From Rikenellaceae bacterium (GTDB lineage Bacteria > Bacteroidota > Bacteroidia > Bacteroidales > Rikenellaceae), in the NCBI GenBank assembly GCA_044433515.1, contig JAWXTN010000001.1, forward strand, positions 45,280 to 109,279: 64,000 bases of DNA. Direction: 5' to 3'. This document shows positions 59,218-64,000 of the stretch, one piece after another. The position numbers and the translations under genes are program-made. The notes under the pieces were generated by a model. It saw nothing but the letters and a program-made list of their open reading frames with translations, searched no databases and had not been told where the DNA came from. How positions within the stretch are numbered: the first letter of the stretch is position 1; each line of letters begins with the position of its first letter.

Positions 59218-60213
59218 ATGGAATTTACAAGATTTGAAAATATCGAAGTACTGTGGCTACTGCTAATCATCGTTCCGATGCTAGGCTACTACATACTTCG
59301 TCAGAAGAGAGGAGGCGTAGCCATCAAGCTATCTTCCACTCAGTCACTACACCGTGCACGCCACACCTATTTATACTGGCTAAGACATCTACCGTTTGTC
59401 TTTCTATGCTCAGCCATAGCCCTTATAATCTTAGCTGCGGCACGCCCTCAAAGTTCTTCGAGCCTTTCGAAGTCTACGACCGAGGGTATAGATATCGTTA
59501 TGGCACTCGACATCTCTTCTTCGATGCTTGCCCGTGACTTCAAACCAGACCGTTTCCAAGCGGCAAAGGAGATTTCGAGCCGCTTTATACTCGATAGGCA
59601 AAACGACAGGCTAGGACTTGTAGTCTTTGCAGGTGAGGCTTATACACAGTCGCCACTTACCACAGACCAAAACACACTTGTCAACCTTCTCGCACAGGTA
59701 GAGATGGGCGTTATCGCAGATGGCACAGCAATAGGTAATGGACTTACAACTGCCGTTAACCGCCTTAGAAATAGCGAATCTCCTAGCAAGGTTATAGTAC
59801 TGCTTACGGACGGTGAGAACAATAGCGGTCAGATAGACCCTCTCACAGCAGCAGAGCTAGCCAAAGAGTTTGGCATTAGGGTCTACACCATTGGCGTGGG
59901 CACAATAGGGACAGCTCCCTATCCTGCATACGACGCTTGGGGAGATATAGTGTACCAGAATATGGAGGTTAAAATCGACGATGAACTCCTCACAAACATC
60001 AGTGAAATGACAGGGGGAAAATATTTTAGAGCAACCGACAACGACAAGCTCCAAGAGATATACACCGAGATTAACAGCCTAGAGAAGGCAAAGGTAGAGG
60101 TCGAAAACAGCGTTCGCTACACCGAACATTTCGCTCTATTCCTCCTATGGGGACTTGCCTCACTACTTCTTATGGTAGCCTTTGAATATATAATCATCCG
60201 TAAGATTCCGTAA
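59218..60213 (+). CDS. batA: BatA vWA-domain protein
   Basis: ARPQ, EGIDIVMALDISSSM, GTAIGNGL, LLTDGENN. Confidence 0.9.
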   Translation: MEFTRFENIEVLWLLLIIVPMLGYYILRQKRGGVAIKLSSTQSLHRARHTYLYWLRHLPFVFLCSAIALIILAAARPQSSSSLSKSTTEGIDIVMALDISSSMLARDFKPDRFQAAKEISSRFILDRQNDRLGLVVFAGEAYTQSPLTTDQNTLVNLLAQVEMGVIADGTAIGNGLTTAVNRLRNSESPSKVIVLLTDGENNSGQIDPLTAAELAKEFGIRVYTIGVGTIGTAPYPAYDAWGDIVYQNMEVKIDDELLTNISEMTGGKYFRATDNDKLQEIYTEINSLEKAKVEVENSVRYTEHFALFLLWGLASLLLMVAFEYIIIRKIP

Positions 60214-60259
60214 ACTTTTTTGTACATAAAGAAACTTATAGACATTTAGAGAGTAAAAA

Positions 60260-61285
60260 ATGCTTAGACTTGCACAACCCGAATTTTTGTATCTACTACT
60301 GCTCCTACCAGCACTAGTAGCCATATATATTTTTTATCGCCTCAGACAGCGCAGACTCATTGCACGCTTTGGCGAGTTAGAACTTCTCGCACCACTTATG
60401 CGAGGCTATTCTCCACGAATGGCAACAGTTCGTTTCACACTATTACTATGCGCCATAGCACTACTAATCGTAGCCCTAGCACGCCCTCAGACAGGCAGTA
60501 AGCTACGTGAGGTTAAGCAAAACGGCAGCAACATTATGCTAGTGGTCGACGTAAGCCGTTCGATGCTAGCCGAAGACTATGCTCCTAACCGCCTCGAACG
60601 CACAAAATATGCTATCTCTCGCCTGCTCGAAAAGCTAGAGGACGAGAGTGTAGGTATGGTTGTCTTTGCAGGCGATGCCTATGTACAACTACCTATCACT
60701 AGCGACTTCACAACGGCAGCGAACTTTGTCCGCTCCCTTTCCACTGATATGGTTTCACGCCAGGGCACATCCATTGAGCGAGCTATCGAAGTTGCAGCAC
60801 TCGCAATGCCACAAAAAGTAACCGCTACGAGTGAGGGCTCAGAGGAGAGTACAGGGGTTACAAAATCGAGAACCATTATCCTAATAACAGACGGTGAAAG
60901 CCACGACGACAATCCACAAGGTGCAGCCGAAGCAGCTGCCCAGAGCGGTATCACAATCCACACCATCGGTATAGGCACACCAGAGGGAACACCTATAACC
61001 ATAGGCGGAGAGATGGTCAAAGATGCAGAGGGTCAAATCGTAGTGAGTAAGCTAAACGAGAGTATGCTTAGCGAAGTGGCAGGTCTAACAAACGGCATCT
61101 ATGTACGTTCAAGCGAAAGTAGTGTAGGTCTTAACGAGATATTCGCACAGATAAAGGCAATGGAAAAGAGCGAAACCACTTCGCTTATCTACGACCAGTA
61201 TGCCGAACAGTTCCACTACATCCTTTATATTGTTTTAGGGCTTCTAGTCCTTCAATTTTTCCTTCCAAACCATAAGCGAAAATAA
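60260..61285 (+). CDS. batB: BatB vWA-domain protein
   Basis: ARPQTG, DVSRSM, QLPITSD, ITDGESH, GIGTPEG, VVSKLNE. Confidence 0.9.
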   Translation: MLRLAQPEFLYLLLLLPALVAIYIFYRLRQRRLIARFGELELLAPLMRGYSPRMATVRFTLLLCAIALLIVALARPQTGSKLREVKQNGSNIMLVVDVSRSMLAEDYAPNRLERTKYAISRLLEKLEDESVGMVVFAGDAYVQLPITSDFTTAANFVRSLSTDMVSRQGTSIERAIEVAALAMPQKVTATSEGSEESTGVTKSRTIILITDGESHDDNPQGAAEAAAQSGITIHTIGIGTPEGTPITIGGEMVKDAEGQIVVSKLNESMLSEVAGLTNGIYVRSSESSVGLNEIFAQIKAMEKSETTSLIYDQYAEQFHYILYIVLGLLVLQFFLPNHKRK

Positions 61286-63147
61286 TGAAAAAGATTTTAG
61301 CAGTTCTATTTATCACACTTCTGAGCTACTTTGGGGCTAGTGCCCAAAGCATCTCGTTCACTGCCACTTCTCCACTAAGCGTAGAGGAGGGGCAACGTTT
61401 TAATATACAGTTAACACTTGAAAACGGACAGGGTTCGGACTTTATCGCACCAGAGTTCACTGGTGTAGAGGTACTCTATGGACCAAGCGTTAGCAGGGGT
61501 TCACAGACCTCTATTGTAAATGGCGTACGGAGTCAGTCTTCACAAGAGACTTACACCTACCACGTGCAGGCTCTCTCTGGGGTAGGTATCGCAAAGGTAG
61601 GCTCGGCCTCTATCACGGTTGACGGCACAAAATATACAACAAAGCCACTGAGCATTTCGGTAATAAGCGGCGGTTCCCAAGGCACAACCCAAGGCGCATC
61701 CTCAGCCACTCAGAACTCAGGACAACAACGTCCTACACAACAAGGCGGCACTACACAGCAACAGCCCACAGCCGTACAGGGCGACAGCTCAGAGGATGTA
61801 ATGCTTCGAATGGTTATTTCAAATACAAATCCTTATGTCGGAGAGGCTGTTTCGGCACAACTAAAGCTCTACACCAGAGTGGCGGTTACGGGGGTTAACA
61901 ATCCTAAATACCCATCGCTAAGCGGATTTTGGACACAAGAGTTACAAGTGCCACAGAACAATTCAAGCGGACGTGTAACAATCGGAGGCAAGGTCTATGA
62001 GAGCTTTACGCTACGTAGCTGGCTGCTCTATCCTCAAAAGTCTGGTAAGGTTACAATTGATGCCACATCGCTTAATGCCACGGTGCAAATTGTTAATCAG
62101 ACGGGGGGACGAGGCGGCTCTATTTTCGACCAATTCTTCGGAGGCGGAACTTCTAGAAGCATTGTCGATCGTAGCCTAAAGACTGGCGCTACAACCCTTA
62201 ATGTAAAACCTCTCCCAGGGGGTGCGCCTGTTGGCTCGTCTCCATCGGTGGGTAGCTTTACTCTAAGTTCTAAACTTTCGGACACTACAATGTCAGCTAA
62301 TTCGGCAGGCTCACTTGTGCTTACCCTTAAGGGTTCGGGCGACTTCCCTCTAATGGATGCCCCATCGTTTAAGCTACCAGCAGAGTTCGAACAGTATGAC
62401 ACAAAGACAACCGATAATCTTAAGACCTCTACGTCAGGCACTACTGGTACACGTGAATGGGAGTTTCCTTTTGTCGCACGTAGCGAAGGGCATTATACTA
62501 TTCCTTCGGTGGAGTTTGTTTACTTCAACACAAAGAGCAAAACATACGAAACACTTCGCAGCCCAGAGTATAGTTTAGAGGTCACTCGTGACAATAATTC
62601 TTCTGGCGGCACTTCGCTAGTGACGGGCGTTAACCGTGAGGACTTGAAGATTCTATCTCGTGATATCCATTACATCAAGACAGGCAGTAGAGCTGACAAT
62701 TTCTCGCTGCTGATATATTCTTCGTGGTTCTTCATTATAATTCTAATAATTATAACAGCAGGGGTTCTAGCACTAGTATATCTAAAGAAGGTCACAGTTC
62801 TAAAGGCTGATGTTCGCAGAACTAAGACTCGTAAGGCAAGCAAGGTCGCACTACGTCGTCTAAAGGCTGCAAAACGAGAAATGACAGCAGGAGGTCGTGC
62901 AGGCTTCTTCGAGGAGGTTCTTCGAGCAATGCTCGGCTTTGTAGGCGACAAATATTCGATAGCCGTATCGGAGCTTACAAAAGAGCGAATCGAGAGCGAA
63001 TTTAGCCAGCGAGGCGTTAGGGAAGAGGTAGCGACAGACTTCATTGCCCTTATCGAGGAGTGTGAGATGGCTCGTTATGCTCCTAGTACGGGTGGCGATA
63101 TGCTAACAATCTACAACCGCACACTAAAGGTCTTCGACGAGTTATAG
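61285..63147 (+). CDS. batD: BatD protein
   Basis: Signal peptide; GPSVS, YVGEAV, GFW, LYPQKSG, C-terminal TM, CEMARYAP. Confidence 0.9.
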   Translation: MKKILAVLFITLLSYFGASAQSISFTATSPLSVEEGQRFNIQLTLENGQGSDFIAPEFTGVEVLYGPSVSRGSQTSIVNGVRSQSSQETYTYHVQALSGVGIAKVGSASITVDGTKYTTKPLSISVISGGSQGTTQGASSATQNSGQQRPTQQGGTTQQQPTAVQGDSSEDVMLRMVISNTNPYVGEAVSAQLKLYTRVAVTGVNNPKYPSLSGFWTQELQVPQNNSSGRVTIGGKVYESFTLRSWLLYPQKSGKVTIDATSLNATVQIVNQTGGRGGSIFDQFFGGGTSRSIVDRSLKTGATTLNVKPLPGGAPVGSSPSVGSFTLSSKLSDTTMSANSAGSLVLTLKGSGDFPLMDAPSFKLPAEFEQYDTKTTDNLKTSTSGTTGTREWEFPFVARSEGHYTIPSVEFVYFNTKSKTYETLRSPEYSLEVTRDNNSSGGTSLVTGVNREDLKILSRDIHYIKTGSRADNFSLLIYSSWFFIIILIIITAGVLALVYLKKVTVLKADVRRTKTRKASKVALRRLKAAKREMTAGGRAGFFEEVLRAMLGFVGDKYSIAVSELTKERIESEFSQRGVREEVATDFIALIEECEMARYAPSTGGDMLTIYNRTLKVFDEL

Positions 63148-63183
63148 TAGATAAGAAGCAAGCTATAAGCTACAACAACAATA

Positions 63184-63226
63184 AAGAGAGGGGAGAAGCT
63201 GGTCAAATACACTTCTCCCCTCTCTT
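63184..63226. terminator. Terminator hairpin between convergent genes
   Basis: aagagaggggagaag / cttctcccctctctt. Confidence 0.75.
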
Positions 63227-63259
63227 ATACTCTTACATATAAGCCATAACAACCTATAA

Positions 63260-63455
63260 CCTACTTTCCTACTTTTCTATAACTTCTAAAAGGAAGTACT
63301 CCTCCTCGGAGCCGCCAAGGGGTATCGCTTCCAGGGCGGTAGCAGAAGCGGTGCCACTGTGGGGTGGCGGCACCGCTCTGTTTTGCTCGTGCCTCCCAAA
63401 ACAGCTGGCTCTACACAGCCTCACAGCCGTATCGCCCTACACCCTACTTTCCTAC
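63260..63455. other. GC-rich multi-stem element flanked by 13-bp direct repeats
   Basis: CCTACTTTCCTAC at 63260-72 and 63443-55; internal hairpins. Confidence 0.55.
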
Positions 63456-63520
63456 AACCTAAAACCTACAACCTAATACCTACAACCTAAAACCTACAAC
63501 CTAATACCTAAAACCTAATA
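63451..63520. repeat. 7/14-bp tandem repeat (CCTACAA/CCTAAAA/CCTAATA) overlapping the WG-gene stop codon
   Basis: Read directly from the sequence. Confidence 0.9.
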
Positions 63521-63981
63521 ACAGAAATCTCTCCGTTAAGTTCCACCCGAGCATTGCCGCTACGCACAGGACGACAGAAGTCATACTGCGGAGGAACTTT
63601 CCATCGCCCCATCACATCTATATACCCGAACCTGCCATTAAGACTCGCCACGGCAAAACCCTCGCTAAAAGAAGCCGCATAATCGTACTTCACCGATATG
63701 GCTACCCTACCGCTTCTATCTATAAAACCATACTTCGAATCCTTAACGACTAATGCCAAGCCCTCCTCAGCGGTAAAGTCCCAAATCTCGTCATACAGCA
63801 AGCGAGACAGTTTAGCCCCTGAGCTATCTATTAGCCCCCACTTGCGCCCCATCCTCACACGGCTAACACCGCCCTTCATTTCCTTGACTTCATCCCACTG
63901 AGCCTCGATTACAACGTTACCGTCCACATCGACATAACCATACCTATTGCCACACTTATAGGAGATAAGCTCACTCTCCAT
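63508..63981 (-). CDS. WG-repeat protein (true start may lie upstream, outside the window)
   Basis: Four units: YGYVD, WGLID, YGFID, FGYID, with FSEGFA. Confidence 0.85.
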   Translation of the reverse strand: MESELISYKCGNRYGYVDVDGNVVIEAQWDEVKEMKGGVSRVRMGRKWGLIDSSGAKLSRLLYDEIWDFTAEEGLALVVKDSKYGFIDRSGRVAISVKYDYAASFSEGFAVASLNGRFGYIDVMGRWKVPPQYDFCRPVRSGNARVELNGEISVIRF

Positions 63982-64000
63982 ATCCGAAGAAGCATAGGGA

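Overview
Chromosomal segment of a Bacteroidales bacterium, probably Rikenellaceae-like (inferred from gene content and TAnnTTTG promoters). Most of it is housekeeping: rex, menG, rarA, folC, murE, era, galK/galM, glmM, mnmA, tRNA-Leu, tRNA-Gly, dnaX, ileS, nth and the MoxR/Bat cluster. No transposase, integrase, CRISPR array or rRNA was found. Notable items: (1) a four-gene surface nuclease/TonB-receptor operon that looks like an extracellular nucleic-acid utilisation locus, including a lipoprotein with an unrecognised 4x repeated domain; (2) a 161-163 bp MITE family with GGGGA(G/C)TTCTAA ends and 4-bp A/T target duplications, where one copy is nested in another and the pair splits a SLOG/DUF1273 gene, plus many solo ends and terminators with the same stem; (3) a long structured leader upstream of that SLOG gene with a partial second copy; (4) an A9 slippage-type site in dnaX; (5) a 108-bp duplication that separates overlapping nth and gntR 3' ends; (6) a GC-rich multi-stem element flanked by 13-bp direct repeats. 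All product calls come from reading motifs by eye, without database searches.
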